Source: Bacteroidales bacterium
GTDB lineage: Bacteria > Bacteroidota > Bacteroidia > Bacteroidales > F082
DNA length: 64,000 nt
Assembly (NCBI GenBank): GCA_900769945.1
Contig: CAAGIO010000019.1
Span: 16,414-80,413 of the forward strand
Reading direction: 5' to 3'
This document shows, in pieces, positions 55,028-64,000 of the stretch (position 1 is the stretch's first letter; every line of letters begins with the position of its first letter). Position numbers and translations under genes: made by a program. The notes under the pieces are model-generated. The model worked only from the letters and a program-made list of their open reading frames with translations. It was not told the DNA's origin and ran no database searches.

Positions 55028-56959
55028 ATGAAAAAACACTTATTTTTTGTTTTCGCTCTGATGCTGGCGCTTAATATTTCAGCACAGACCCCCGGTACAC
55101 CTGTTGAATCGTTCGGAACAGAAGGTATCGTCCTCTTCGATGTCAACCCTTCTTATGATGAGGCAAGAGACGTCCTCGTGCAGCCAGACGGATGCATCAT
55201 CTCTTTAGGCTCAACTCGCGTTGGCAACAGCTATCACGCCTTCATCTCACGCCACGACGCTAACGGCATGATTGATGAGACTTTCGCTACTAACGGTATC
55301 TGGGAATATCCTATCTCAGGACACCAATCATACGGCGGAAGAGGCTCACACCTCTATGAAGACGGCAAAATCCTCATGGGTATCCACGACTATAACCCAA
55401 GTAACAACGACTGCGAATCGTACTTGGTGAAATTCAACCCAGACGGAAGCCTCGACACATCATTCGGTGACGGCGGTATCTTCCACTACCAAGATAATGG
55501 CAACAGCACCGCCCTTAAAGAACTCGTCGTCCTTAATAACGGTAAAATCAACCTTATCACCTTCTATAACAATGGTGTCGGCGGCGACAAGATCGCCCTC
55601 GTTCAAGTTAATGAGAACGGTACTCTTGACACTTCCTATGGTGATAATGGTATCAAAGTCCTCAACATCACCTATACTTATGAAGGCACTACAGCCGAAT
55701 TTTACGGCCATGACGCCCAGAGAGCAGTGGTACAGCCTGACGGCAAAATCCTCATCATGGGATTCGCTGACACTTATATGACTCCTTATGAAGGTATGTA
55801 TCTCGGTATGCTCCTCAGACTTAATGAAGACGGTTCATTAGACTCTTCTTTCGGAGATAACGGCATGGCACTGTGGAATATGAGTGAAGGCTATGACTTC
55901 GGTATGTGCGTCGCTATGCAGTCAGACGGAAAGATTATCGCCGGTGGTCATATCTGGAAAGACCAGACTATCGCTCTTCACACCGCTGTCGTCGTGACAC
56001 GCTACAACTCTAACGGTACAATTGACAACACCTTCGGTACAAACGGTTCTGTCGAGGTGGAATGGTGCGAAGGTAACCAGAACTACGCAGCTAACGTTAT
56101 TGTTGACGCTAACGACAACATCTCTCTCGTCGGCCACTCATACGATAACAACGCCGCTGTTGACATCTTCGTTCTCAACATTCTGAAAGATGGCGACATC
56201 AACACCAACTACGGACCTACAGGTATGTTCCAAGTATGCAAAAACAACCGCCAGAACCAAGCCTACGATATCGCTTTCGAGAATGGCGACGGTGGAAACC
56301 TTATCATCAGCGGACAGTCAGCATACGAGGACTACAGCGGAAGAAACATGCTTATCGGCAAATTCTACAGCGATTGCGCAAGCTCAGAACCTACACTCAC
56401 TGTTAATCCAAGCACTATCAGCTTCCTCTTTGAAGGTGGCGATGTCGAGACAAAGTCTTACAACATCTCTGGCGTAAACCTCGAAGGCTCAGGCAATATC
56501 GAGATTGCTGTTGAAGGTGAATACACAATCTCCCTCGACAACACAAACTTCTCATCATCATTGAATGTCGCTTACGCTGATGGCGAACTCGCTCAGACTG
56601 AAGTGTTCGTCCGTATGAATGAAAACCTCGAAAACGGCACTTACAACGGCACCATCACAAATGTTGGCGGCGGCGCTTCAGCAACAGTGTTCCTCTATGG
56701 CACTGTCGAAGTTGATGCTATCTCTGAGACTCTCAATGCTAACGTGAACGTTTGGGGCGATAACGGCAGCATAATGGTTGAGAACATTTCTGAAATGAAT
56801 GCTTTCGTCTCTGTGTATAATGTAGCTGGCCAGCCTGTCGCAGTCGAGACTGTTGGTATGGGCTCAACACGTATCAATGCTGCTCTTAACTCGGGCCTTT
56901 ACATTGTAAAGGTTGTTTGCGGAAGCAAAGAAATGGTTCAGCGCGTTGTCGTAAAATAA
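55028..56959 (+). CDS. T9SS cargo protein with delta-60 repeats (beta-propeller-like)
   Basis: Signal peptide MKKHLFFVFALMLALNISAQ. S/TFGxxG motifs recur about every 60 aa (SFGTEG, TFATNG, SFGDGG, SYGDNG, SFGDNG, TFGTNG, NYGPTG). The C-terminal VYNVAGQPVAVETVGMGSTRINAALNSGLYIVKVVCGSKEMVQRVVVK is a T9SS sorting domain. Confidence 0.75.
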   Translation: MKKHLFFVFALMLALNISAQTPGTPVESFGTEGIVLFDVNPSYDEARDVLVQPDGCIISLGSTRVGNSYHAFISRHDANGMIDETFATNGIWEYPISGHQSYGGRGSHLYEDGKILMGIHDYNPSNNDCESYLVKFNPDGSLDTSFGDGGIFHYQDNGNSTALKELVVLNNGKINLITFYNNGVGGDKIALVQVNENGTLDTSYGDNGIKVLNITYTYEGTTAEFYGHDAQRAVVQPDGKILIMGFADTYMTPYEGMYLGMLLRLNEDGSLDSSFGDNGMALWNMSEGYDFGMCVAMQSDGKIIAGGHIWKDQTIALHTAVVVTRYNSNGTIDNTFGTNGSVEVEWCEGNQNYAANVIVDANDNISLVGHSYDNNAAVDIFVLNILKDGDINTNYGPTGMFQVCKNNRQNQAYDIAFENGDGGNLIISGQSAYEDYSGRNMLIGKFYSDCASSEPTLTVNPSTISFLFEGGDVETKSYNISGVNLEGSGNIEIAVEGEYTISLDNTNFSSSLNVAYADGELAQTEVFVRMNENLENGTYNGTITNVGGGASATVFLYGTVEVDAISETLNANVNVWGDNGSIMVENISEMNAFVSVYNVAGQPVAVETVGMGSTRINAALNSGLYIVKVVCGSKEMVQRVVVK

Positions 56960-57023
56960 TCTGAAAATCAAAGGGCGTTTATAATTTCGTCCTATAATGT
57001 AAGTTTGGTTTTTTATAAGTGTT

Positions 57024-57060
57024 GTATGAGCTTGATGTGATATCAGGCTCATACTTTTTT
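57024..57060 (+). terminator. Rho-independent terminator after the delta-60 T9SS gene
   Basis: GTATGAGC-(15-nt loop)-GCTCATAC followed by TTTTTT. Confidence 0.6.
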
Positions 57061-57443
57061 CCCCATTTGATACATCTATTTTATAAGCGCCGGCTCTTCT
57101 CGAAAGACATTGGGAAATACATTGCCGCTTTGCTGTCCGAAATCATTAATATCACTAACAATCTGATAATCAGAAGAAATTTGATGTATAGAACAATGTT
57201 TTGTGAATTATTATAGAGCAGGGCACACTAACATCTTCAGTCATGAAATCTCTTTCTTGTCCCATAAATCATAATTCCCATACACCTTTCCCCGTTGACT
57301 TTTGACTATAGACCATGGTCGATGATTCACCGGGCAGCAATACAAGGTTGATTCACTGAAAAAAAGCGAACCACTGCTGCCAATAAGGTAGTAAAAATTG
57401 GGATTGTAATCCTTTGAGTTGTGATTGATTTATAATGAGTTTG

Positions 57444-58220
57444 TTATATTTCTATAATTAACTTCTTGTATTCGGCGCTCCCGTCGCCCCAGTTGCCGAC
57501 GAGAGAGTTCTCGTTTGTGAGGTTCTTCAGTAATTTGATAAAGTCTTTTCTAGGGATAGGGGAGGCACCTAATCTTTTCAGGTGTCCAGTCTCCTGCTGT
57601 GCGTCGATAAGCTCGAAGTTGTTACGTATCAGGAATTGGCAGAGGTTGTAGAATGCGATTTTTGACGCGTCGGTCTTGGTGTGGAACATCGACTCGCCGC
57701 AGAACACTTTCCCTATGGAGACGCCGTAAAGCCCGCCTACTAACTCGTTGTCGAGGTATGTCTCAACGGAGTGTGCGAACCCTAATTCGTGCAGCTCGCA
57801 ATATGCGTGAATCATGTCCTCTGTTATCCATGTGGTCGGCTCGTCATCTGGCTTCGATGCATCTTCGTCGCTCCGTGGCACTGTGGCGCATGCTCTTATG
57901 ACACCCTCGAAGTTTGTGTCAAAAGAACATGAGAACTTGTTGGATTCTATTGTTTTTTTTAATGATTTAGTGATTTTCATGTCGGAAGGCTTCATCACCA
58001 TCCTTGGGTCGAGCGACCACCACAAAATAGGCTCACCTTCGCTATACCATGGGAAAATCCCTGAAGAATATGCGAGAAGCAGCCTCTCAGGTGACAAGTC
58101 TCCTCCGATAGCAATCAGTCCGTCTTTTGTCGCATGACTTACCGGTGGAAAATCAAAAACCTCATCTTCAAGCATGTATATCGGCATAGTGTGAAATTTT
58201 GGAATTAATTTTCCCGACAA
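57444..58220 (-). CDS. aat: Leucyl/phenylalanyl-tRNA--protein transferase
   Basis: LLAYSSGIFPWYSEGEPILWWSLDPRMV and the GESMFH region are L/F-transferase signatures. The start may be the internal MPIYML. Confidence 0.85.
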   Translation of the reverse strand: MSGKLIPKFHTMPIYMLEDEVFDFPPVSHATKDGLIAIGGDLSPERLLLAYSSGIFPWYSEGEPILWWSLDPRMVMKPSDMKITKSLKKTIESNKFSCSFDTNFEGVIRACATVPRSDEDASKPDDEPTTWITEDMIHAYCELHELGFAHSVETYLDNELVGGLYGVSIGKVFCGESMFHTKTDASKIAFYNLCQFLIRNNFELIDAQQETGHLKRLGASPIPRKDFIKLLKNLTNENSLVGNWGDGSAEYKKLIIEI

Positions 58221-58276
58221 AGTTAAAAAATATTACTTTACAATACATATTTTTTTTACTTTTGCACCAATTTTTT

Positions 58277-59029
58277 ATGAAAAGATACTTTTTACACCTT
58301 GCATATAACGGGAAAGCGTATCACGGTTGGCAGGTTCAGCCGGGCGATACCACTGTACAGGGTGTGCTTGAACACTGCCTTAGCCTGAAACTGAAGCAGC
58401 CCGTCTCACTGATAGGGTGCGGGCGTACCGACACCGGCGTCAATGCCCGTAACTTCTACGCACACTTCGATTCTGAGCCTATCGCTGACACCGCTGAGCT
58501 CGTCCACCGTCTGAATGTCTTCCTCCCAAACGACATCACGGTGTTCTCGTGCTGGCAGGTGGCCCCCGACTTCCATGCCCGTTTCGACGCCCTGTCAAGG
58601 ACATACCATTATTACGTCACTCGTAAGAAAAACCCGTTCCATATCGATGACGCATTATACCTCTATGGTGATATTGATGTCGAACGAATGAACGAGGCGG
58701 CTCAGATATTGTTTGAATACTCCGACTTCACCAGCTTCTCAAAACTGCATACTCAGGTGAAAACCAACAACTGCAGTATTATGGAGGCTCGCTGGCTTGA
58801 AACCGACGATCTGCTTGTGTTCCGTATCAAGGCGGACAGGTTCCTCCGCAATATGGTCCGGGCTGTCGTTGGCACTCTGCTCGAAGTGGGGAAGGGGAAG
58901 ATGGACCTCGCAGGATTCCGCTCCGTCATAGAGAAGAAAGACAGATGCTCCGCCGGCACCTCAATGCCTGCCCACGCCCTCTTCCTTGAAGAGGTGTCGT
59001 ACCCTCTTGATAAGTTTAATGGTGTCTGA
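58277..59029 (+). CDS. truA: tRNA pseudouridine(38-40) synthase
   Basis: MKRYFLHLAYNGKAYHGWQVQP and GCGRTDTGVNA (catalytic Asp). The start is taken at MKRYF. Confidence 0.9.
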   Translation: MKRYFLHLAYNGKAYHGWQVQPGDTTVQGVLEHCLSLKLKQPVSLIGCGRTDTGVNARNFYAHFDSEPIADTAELVHRLNVFLPNDITVFSCWQVAPDFHARFDALSRTYHYYVTRKKNPFHIDDALYLYGDIDVERMNEAAQILFEYSDFTSFSKLHTQVKTNNCSIMEARWLETDDLLVFRIKADRFLRNMVRAVVGTLLEVGKGKMDLAGFRSVIEKKDRCSAGTSMPAHALFLEEVSYPLDKFNGV

Positions 59030-59045
59030 CCTAATACTGTTCGCT

Positions 59046-59600
59046 ATGCCTACACTTGAAGAGAGAATCACCCGTTTGGAAAATATTGAGGCCATACGCT
59101 GCCTCCAAGCTAAATACCAGCGCTGCCTCGACACCCGCGACTTCGACGGGCTCGCTGAATGCTTCGACGATGACGTGACTTCATCTTACGGAAACGGTGA
59201 CATGTCATATTTCGGAAAGGACTCCGTAATACAGTTCCTTTGCTCCGTCATGACCCTCGATATGCCGTCAACTCATCTCATTCACGGCGGAGAAATAATT
59301 GTCATAGATGATGATAACGCCACCGCTAAATGGTATCTCGAAGACCACCTCCTTCACCAGAAATACTTGATGAAACTTCATGGAGCAGCAATATATGACG
59401 TCACTTATTGTAGAAAAAATGAGACGTGGCTCATCAAATCTATTGGATATAAGAGATGTTACGAATATTTTGAATTCCGCGGACTCCTAAATATTCTTAC
59501 TCTCAGAAAAAAAACCTTCTTCGATGAGGTGAAGAAAAAGAACCCTGACGAGCTTGGAACTTACGGACGACTCTTCAGAAAATTTTTTAGCAAGAAATAA
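59046..59600 (+). CDS. SnoaL-like/NTF2-fold protein
   Basis: N-terminal EERITRLENIEAIRCLQAKYQRCLDTRDFDGLAECF is typical of the SnoaL-like/DUF4440 fold. The start is taken at MPTLEE. Confidence 0.5.
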   Translation: MPTLEERITRLENIEAIRCLQAKYQRCLDTRDFDGLAECFDDDVTSSYGNGDMSYFGKDSVIQFLCSVMTLDMPSTHLIHGGEIIVIDDDNATAKWYLEDHLLHQKYLMKLHGAAIYDVTYCRKNETWLIKSIGYKRCYEYFEFRGLLNILTLRKKTFFDEVKKKNPDELGTYGRLFRKFFSKK

Positions 59601-59601
59601 T

Positions 59602-60516
59602 GTCATGGCGAATAATCATGAAAAATGTCTGCTGATTTATTATACAGGTACTTTCAACACAAAATATGTTACGGGTATTTTGAAGAAACGACTTGAAGAT
59701 GCCGGTGTTTGCGTCGATGTGTATGAGATAGACCCACTTAACACCGAGCGCATCGACCTCTCACCTTACTCCTTGATTGGCCTTGGCTACCCAATATACG
59801 GCTATAACGCCCCTTGGCCTTTCCTGAAATTCATCAATCATCAGCAGTTTCCGGAAGGTGTCCGTACCTTTATCTATAAGAACTCTGGCGAGACCGAACA
59901 TGCTAATGACGCCTCGTCATTGTTCGTGAGACGTAAATTAAAACGCTGTAAGGCCGTCCTGCAGAACGAATACCATTTCCTGATGCCTTATAATATCCAC
60001 TTCCGCTTCGATGATAACCTTGTGAAAGAGATGCTGGAGATGGACGAAAAACTATACGATATCCTTGTTTACGAGGTTACTAACCGAATTCCTAATATTA
60101 AAAGGTATAAACTCTGGCCTGTCATAGTGACCATCGTGGTGGCAATACAGTTCATAGGCGGTGATGTCAACTCCTTCTTCTATAAAGTGAGGAAAGACAA
60201 ATGTGTTGACTGCGGGCTTTGCATTAAACGATGCCCGACGAAGAACATCTATAAGAATAGGAAAGGTGAAATCGCTTTCCATCATCACTGCCTGATGTGT
60301 ATGCGCTGCTCCTTTTTCTGTCCAACGGCCGCTATTGATATAGGATTCCTCCAAGGCTGGAAAGTGAACGGAAGGTACGATTTTGACCAGATTCGGGAAA
60401 TAAAGCTTGAGAACCCCGTCATCACTAAGGATACTAAGGGGTTCTTCAAATGCTATATCGAGACTTACGACTATATCAACTCCAGATATGAGGAGCTCTT
60501 TGGAGAGAAGAAGTAG
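59602..60516 (+). CDS. EFR1-family ferredoxin (flavodoxin-like plus 2x[4Fe-4S]); paralog of the gene at 43102
   Basis: CLLIYYTGTFNTKYV flavodoxin-like start. CVDCGLCIKRCP and CLMCMRCSFFCP cluster motifs. It overlaps the 3' end of the SnoaL-like gene. Confidence 0.65.
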   Translation, partial: VMANNHEKCLLIYYTGTFNTKYVTGILKKRLEDAGVCVDVYEIDPLNTERIDLSPYSLIGLGYPIYGYNAPWPFLKFINHQQFPEGVRTFIYKNSGETEHANDASSLFVRRKLKRCKAVLQNEYHFLMPYNIHFRFDDNLVKEMLEMDEKLYDILVYEVTNRIPNIKRYKLWPVIVTIVVAIQFIGGDVNSFFYKVRKDKCVDCGLCIKRCPTKNIYKNRKGEIAFHHHCLMCMRCSFFCPTAAIDIGFLQGWKVNGRYDFDQIREIKLENPVITKDTKGFFKCYIETYDYINSRYEELFGEKK

Positions 60517-60540
60517 CCTCTTTGGGAGAAATACCTTGAA

Positions 60541-62535
60541 TTATTTGCTCTCTATCACTATCAGTGCGCCTCCGCCTTGCTTCATGCTGACGGTTATGGT
60601 GTTGTCAATAATAGGAATCTCCTTCCTGATGTAGTCTTCGCCATTCCTGCCGGCGTTAGCTCCGTCAAGGAAAGCCGTGCATCTCTCGGCATTGACTGAA
60701 AGCCCCGACAAATCAATGGTTATCGTCCTTTCTTCCCAATCGGTTATCGCTCCAATATACCATTTGCCATCGGCAAACCTCGCTATCGCCGCATATTCAC
60801 CTACCTTGCCGTCTAACGCAACGGTCTTCTCCCAAACCGTAGGAACCGATGCAATCATGTTTGTACACTCCTCATTCTCAATATAATTGCTTGGGGAGTC
60901 GCACATCATGTTTAATGGTGATTCGTAAATGACGTATTGGGCGAGCTGCCTGCAACGCGTCCCCTGGCTCATTGGGCTTGAGTAAACAGCCCTGTAGTCG
61001 TTCCTGCTTGCGTTGACCATCGCTCCTTGTGTGTAGTCGAGGAAGCCTGCTACCATCCTGATAAACGGTATCGTGACCTCATAATCCACCTGCTCCGTCG
61101 AGCCATCCCACTTGGTGTTCTCAAGGCCATATACGCCCTCGAAGTTCAGGACGTTGGGATATGTTCGGCACATGCCTGTGGGCTTGTACGCGCCATGGAA
61201 GTCAACGATGAGGTGGTACTTGGCAGCTGTCTCCGCCATCTTGTAGTAGAACCTTACACACTCTTGGTCGTCACGGTCCATGAAGTCAACCTTGAACCCT
61301 TTGATGCCCATCTCGCTATAGTGCCTGCACACCTTCTCCATGTCTCTCTCCATCGCATAATAGCCTGCCCAAAGAATCAGGCCGACACCTCTTTCCTCCG
61401 CATAAGCACACAGCTCCTCAAGGCTTATCTCCGGAATGACTTGGAACAAATCCGCCTTCTTGTTGACAGCCCAGCCCTCGTCAAGTATCACGTACTCAAT
61501 GTTGTGGGCAGCCGCAAAGTCGATGTAGTACTTGTATGTGTCGTTGTTAACACCCGCCTTGAAGTCAACACCTTTGATGTTCCAGTCGTTCCACCAGTCC
61601 CACGCCACCTTGCCGGGCTTTATCCAACTGACGTCTTTGACCCTTGCTGGCGATGCAAGCTTATAAGCCATGTCGTTGTCCAACAACTCCGTGTCATTGT
61701 CGGAAATAACCATTGCCCTCCATGGGAAGTCACGTGTGCCATCAACTTCCGCAACATAGTCTTCTCTCTCCTTCACCATGAGCTGCAACATGTTATGGCC
61801 GCCTTGCTCTACTACTCTCGGATATTTTGACTGAACCGCCACCAAACTGTTGCCTTCTCCTTTCATGTAGAATGTTCCTGGAAAATCCTCAAGGTCTGAC
61901 TCTATGATTACCACTTTCTTGTTGTCATCTAACGAGACAAGGATAGGTGAAAAGGCTATTCTTTCCTGCTCTATATCTGATAATGGAGCCACTGTGTATC
62001 TGCTTTCAAAAGATGTGAAGAACTGTCGCTCTATCGGGTCGCCATCTTTCTCCCTCGCATTAACAAATGGCATGTAAACTGTGTGGTCGCCATCAAAGTT
62101 GTACGTGACGTTCTCTCTCTTCACAAAAAATGGCTTTTTGAGGCTTGTTGAGAAACGATACGCCACCCCGTCATCGAACGCCCTGAAAGTGAGCTTGTAA
62201 CTGCCTTTGAAATACAGCTCTATCTGGTTGTATTTGTTCCTGACTATCTCCTTCTTATAAAAACACGCCTCGATGTCCTCATCGACAGACGAGCGGACGG
62301 CTTTCCTTAAAGAACACTGTCTGCCGAGTGTCTCGCCTCCCAGTATCTCCATGCTGATAGGCGATTCCTTGATTATCGTTGTGCCACAACGGCTTACTTC
62401 GTATGTGACACTGTCGTCAACGCTTATAGTTACAATAGTTTTCTCGTCGGGAGAAGTGAGAGTGTATCTGCCTTGCGCAAAGACGGAACCTGTCATTAAT
62501 ATTAATAAGGTGTAAAGAAATAATTTAGATTTCAT
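60541..62535 (-). CDS. Glycoside hydrolase family 97 (SusB-like alpha-glucosidase), secreted
   Basis: Signal peptide MKSKLFLYTLLILMTGSVFAQ. GIKGFKVDFMDRDDQ is the GH97 catalytic region. 664 aa. Confidence 0.8.
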   Translation of the reverse strand: MKSKLFLYTLLILMTGSVFAQGRYTLTSPDEKTIVTISVDDSVTYEVSRCGTTIIKESPISMEILGGETLGRQCSLRKAVRSSVDEDIEACFYKKEIVRNKYNQIELYFKGSYKLTFRAFDDGVAYRFSTSLKKPFFVKRENVTYNFDGDHTVYMPFVNAREKDGDPIERQFFTSFESRYTVAPLSDIEQERIAFSPILVSLDDNKKVVIIESDLEDFPGTFYMKGEGNSLVAVQSKYPRVVEQGGHNMLQLMVKEREDYVAEVDGTRDFPWRAMVISDNDTELLDNDMAYKLASPARVKDVSWIKPGKVAWDWWNDWNIKGVDFKAGVNNDTYKYYIDFAAAHNIEYVILDEGWAVNKKADLFQVIPEISLEELCAYAEERGVGLILWAGYYAMERDMEKVCRHYSEMGIKGFKVDFMDRDDQECVRFYYKMAETAAKYHLIVDFHGAYKPTGMCRTYPNVLNFEGVYGLENTKWDGSTEQVDYEVTIPFIRMVAGFLDYTQGAMVNASRNDYRAVYSSPMSQGTRCRQLAQYVIYESPLNMMCDSPSNYIENEECTNMIASVPTVWEKTVALDGKVGEYAAIARFADGKWYIGAITDWEERTITIDLSGLSVNAERCTAFLDGANAGRNGEDYIRKEIPIIDNTITVSMKQGGGALIVIESK

Positions 62536-62625
62536 ATTAATAATTTATGTTGATAAAAAAACAGTCAAAAATATGAAATATTTTATGAAGTAATAAAAAA
62601 AATAGTATTTTTGTAAAAATTTTAT

Positions 62626-63396
62626 TTGAAAATGAGAAATTTGTTATTAATCAGTAATTCGACTAACTTTGGCGAACCATATTTAGCATGGGCGATGACC
62701 CAGCTTGAACAGTTTTTCTATAAGAATAATTTAGGTGAAGACAGCAAGGTTGTCTTCGTTCCTTTTGCCGGTGTCTTTATTGGCGGAAACCCTTATCCAG
62801 CAAGTTATGACGCTTATACTGAGAGGGTTAGGAAAGTGTTCCGTGATAAGCTCAGTGTTCATGATTTCGTTTCCGTTCATGAGGTTGACGACAAGGCTTC
62901 TCTTGTAAAATCCGCTGACTGTGTTGTCGTTGGCGGAGGAAACACCTTCCATCTTGTTGCTGAGCTTCACAAGTACGGGCTTATGGATGTCATCGCAGAA
63001 TGCGCAAACGCTGGCACTCCTTATATAGGGTGGAGCGCCGGCTCAAACATTGCCTGCCCTCAGCTCTGTACGACAAACGATATGCCTATCGTCCAGCCTT
63101 CAAGCTTTAACACATTGAACCTCATACCATTCCAGATAAACCCTCATTATCTTGATCCTCACCCTGAGATTGATAAAATGATAAAACATGGTGGAGAGAC
63201 GCGTCAAGACCGTATCAACGAGTATCTCGCCGTCCGCCAAGAGATGAAGGTCGTAGGCCTTAGAGAGGCTACTGCTATCTGGGTCATCGGGGATAGGTAT
63301 TTCCTGAAGGGTGGTAAGCCGATGATGGTGTTCCAATATGGGAAGGAGGCTCTGTCGGTTGAACCTAATCAGGAGATTACACAATACGTTCTCTGA
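62626..63396 (+). CDS. pepE: Dipeptidase E (peptidase S51, alpha-aspartyl dipeptidase)
   Basis: LLISNSTNFGEPYLAWA and VVGGGNTFHL plus the GWSAGSNI Ser nucleophile region; 256 aa. Confidence 0.8.
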   Translation: MKMRNLLLISNSTNFGEPYLAWAMTQLEQFFYKNNLGEDSKVVFVPFAGVFIGGNPYPASYDAYTERVRKVFRDKLSVHDFVSVHEVDDKASLVKSADCVVVGGGNTFHLVAELHKYGLMDVIAECANAGTPYIGWSAGSNIACPQLCTTNDMPIVQPSSFNTLNLIPFQINPHYLDPHPEIDKMIKHGGETRQDRINEYLAVRQEMKVVGLREATAIWVIGDRYFLKGGKPMMVFQYGKEALSVEPNQEITQYVL

Positions 63397-63404
63397 AGTG
63401 TTAT

Positions 63405-64000
63405 ATGAGAAGGGCTGTGTACATATTATTGGTTCTCTTTGCATTAGCAAATGTTGCGGTGGCTCAGAATCGCGATGCCGATAATATTTTGAATGCACAG
63501 TTCAACGCTCGTATCGGCGGTGTCGCACCTAAAGGGTCGAAAATTCTCGAGATGCGGGTGCGATGCCGAAATATTAATGAGGCCGAAGAGCGCGCAAAAC
63601 GTGACGCTGTGGCGGTATGCCTCCTGAGAGGTCTGCCTGCCTCAACGAAACACAGGCCGTCGCCGGCTATCGTAAAAGAAAGCGTGATAGAAAGTAACGA
63701 GGCCTTCTTTGTTGACTTCCTCGAAATCCCTAAGTCAAAGAAACTCGTGGGGAGATATGCTAAGTTCATAAATTGCTCGGAGCTTGTTGATTATCAGGAA
63801 GTGCCTAACGGTGTCGATGCCGTCGTCTCCGTTCATGTGCTGTATGATAACCTTCTTAACTATATGAAGGACAAGGGTTTCGCAACAGATGTGTCCGAGA
63901 CAATGGTGGGGAAATACCTCAAACCCGTGATTATGGTCGTCCCTTCCGACGTCTATTGCACCGAGATGGATTTCGTGCAGACTTGGACTGATGGGACGGG
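63405..64000 (+). CDS. Secreted hypothetical protein, 3' end outside the window
   Basis: ATG at 63405 followed by a signal peptide MRRAVYILLVLFALANVAVAQ and an open frame to the window end (at least 198 codons). It is absent from the ORF track only because no stop is reached. Confidence 0.4.
   Translation, partial: MRRAVYILLVLFALANVAVAQNRDADNILNAQFNARIGGVAPKGSKILEMRVRCRNINEAEERAKRDAVAVCLLRGLPASTKHRPSPAIVKESVIESNEAFFVDFLEIPKSKKLVGRYAKFINCSELVDYQEVPNGVDAVVSVHVLYDNLLNYMKDKGFATDVSETMVGKYLKPVIMVVPSDVYCTEMDFVQTWTDGT

Noticed and set aside
57019-57216. 65-aa ORF in the 480-bp intergenic region
   Set aside because: It has no start context, a low-complexity hydrophobic composition and no conservation cues, so it is probably non-coding.
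1-64000. Looked for CRISPR arrays, tRNA/rRNA genes, integrases/transposases, and IS or prophage boundaries
   Set aside because: No regular short direct repeat-spacer arrays, no tRNA-like cloverleaf candidates in the intergenic regions, and no recombinase-like ORFs. The window looks like core chromosome rather than a mobile island.

Overview
A 64-kb chromosomal window that looks like a Bacteroidales (Prevotella/Porphyromonas-like) genome: it carries a PorX-type T9SS regulator, three proteins with T9SS C-terminal sorting domains, and Bacteroidetes -7 promoter motifs (TAnnTTTG). GC is about 48%. I see no rRNA, tRNA, CRISPR array, integrase or transposase. Genes are tightly packed, and many adjacent stops and starts overlap. 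Content from start to end: a housekeeping operon (nadK, a GT4 glycosyltransferase, purD, a membrane protein, rnhB, a 5'-nucleotidase-like gene); porX-tsaE-aroB-aroA; an M3 peptidase (dcp); a glycogen cluster (debranching-enzyme-like, GT4, GH57, and a 1414-aa fusion of GT3 glycogen synthase with GT35 alpha-glucan phosphorylase); a GH29 fucosidase; a MATE transporter; a four-gene operon (Tat-signal Gfo/Idh/MocA oxidoreductase, HEAT-repeat protein with a C-terminal DUF1080 domain, TlpA-like thioredoxin, GH3 NagZ-like/beta-lactamase fusion); a candidate MurL-like PP-loop protein coupled to a second MurD-like ligase; gcvP; a 2097-aa internally repetitive T9SS cargo protein; two further T9SS cargo proteins (one BNR, one delta-60 repeat); kdsA, aat, truA, two EFR1-type ferredoxin paralogs, a GH97 and pepE. 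The most interesting candidates for follow-up are the MurL/MurD2-like pair, the synthase-phosphorylase fusion, the oxidoreductase/DUF1080 operon and the giant repeat protein.
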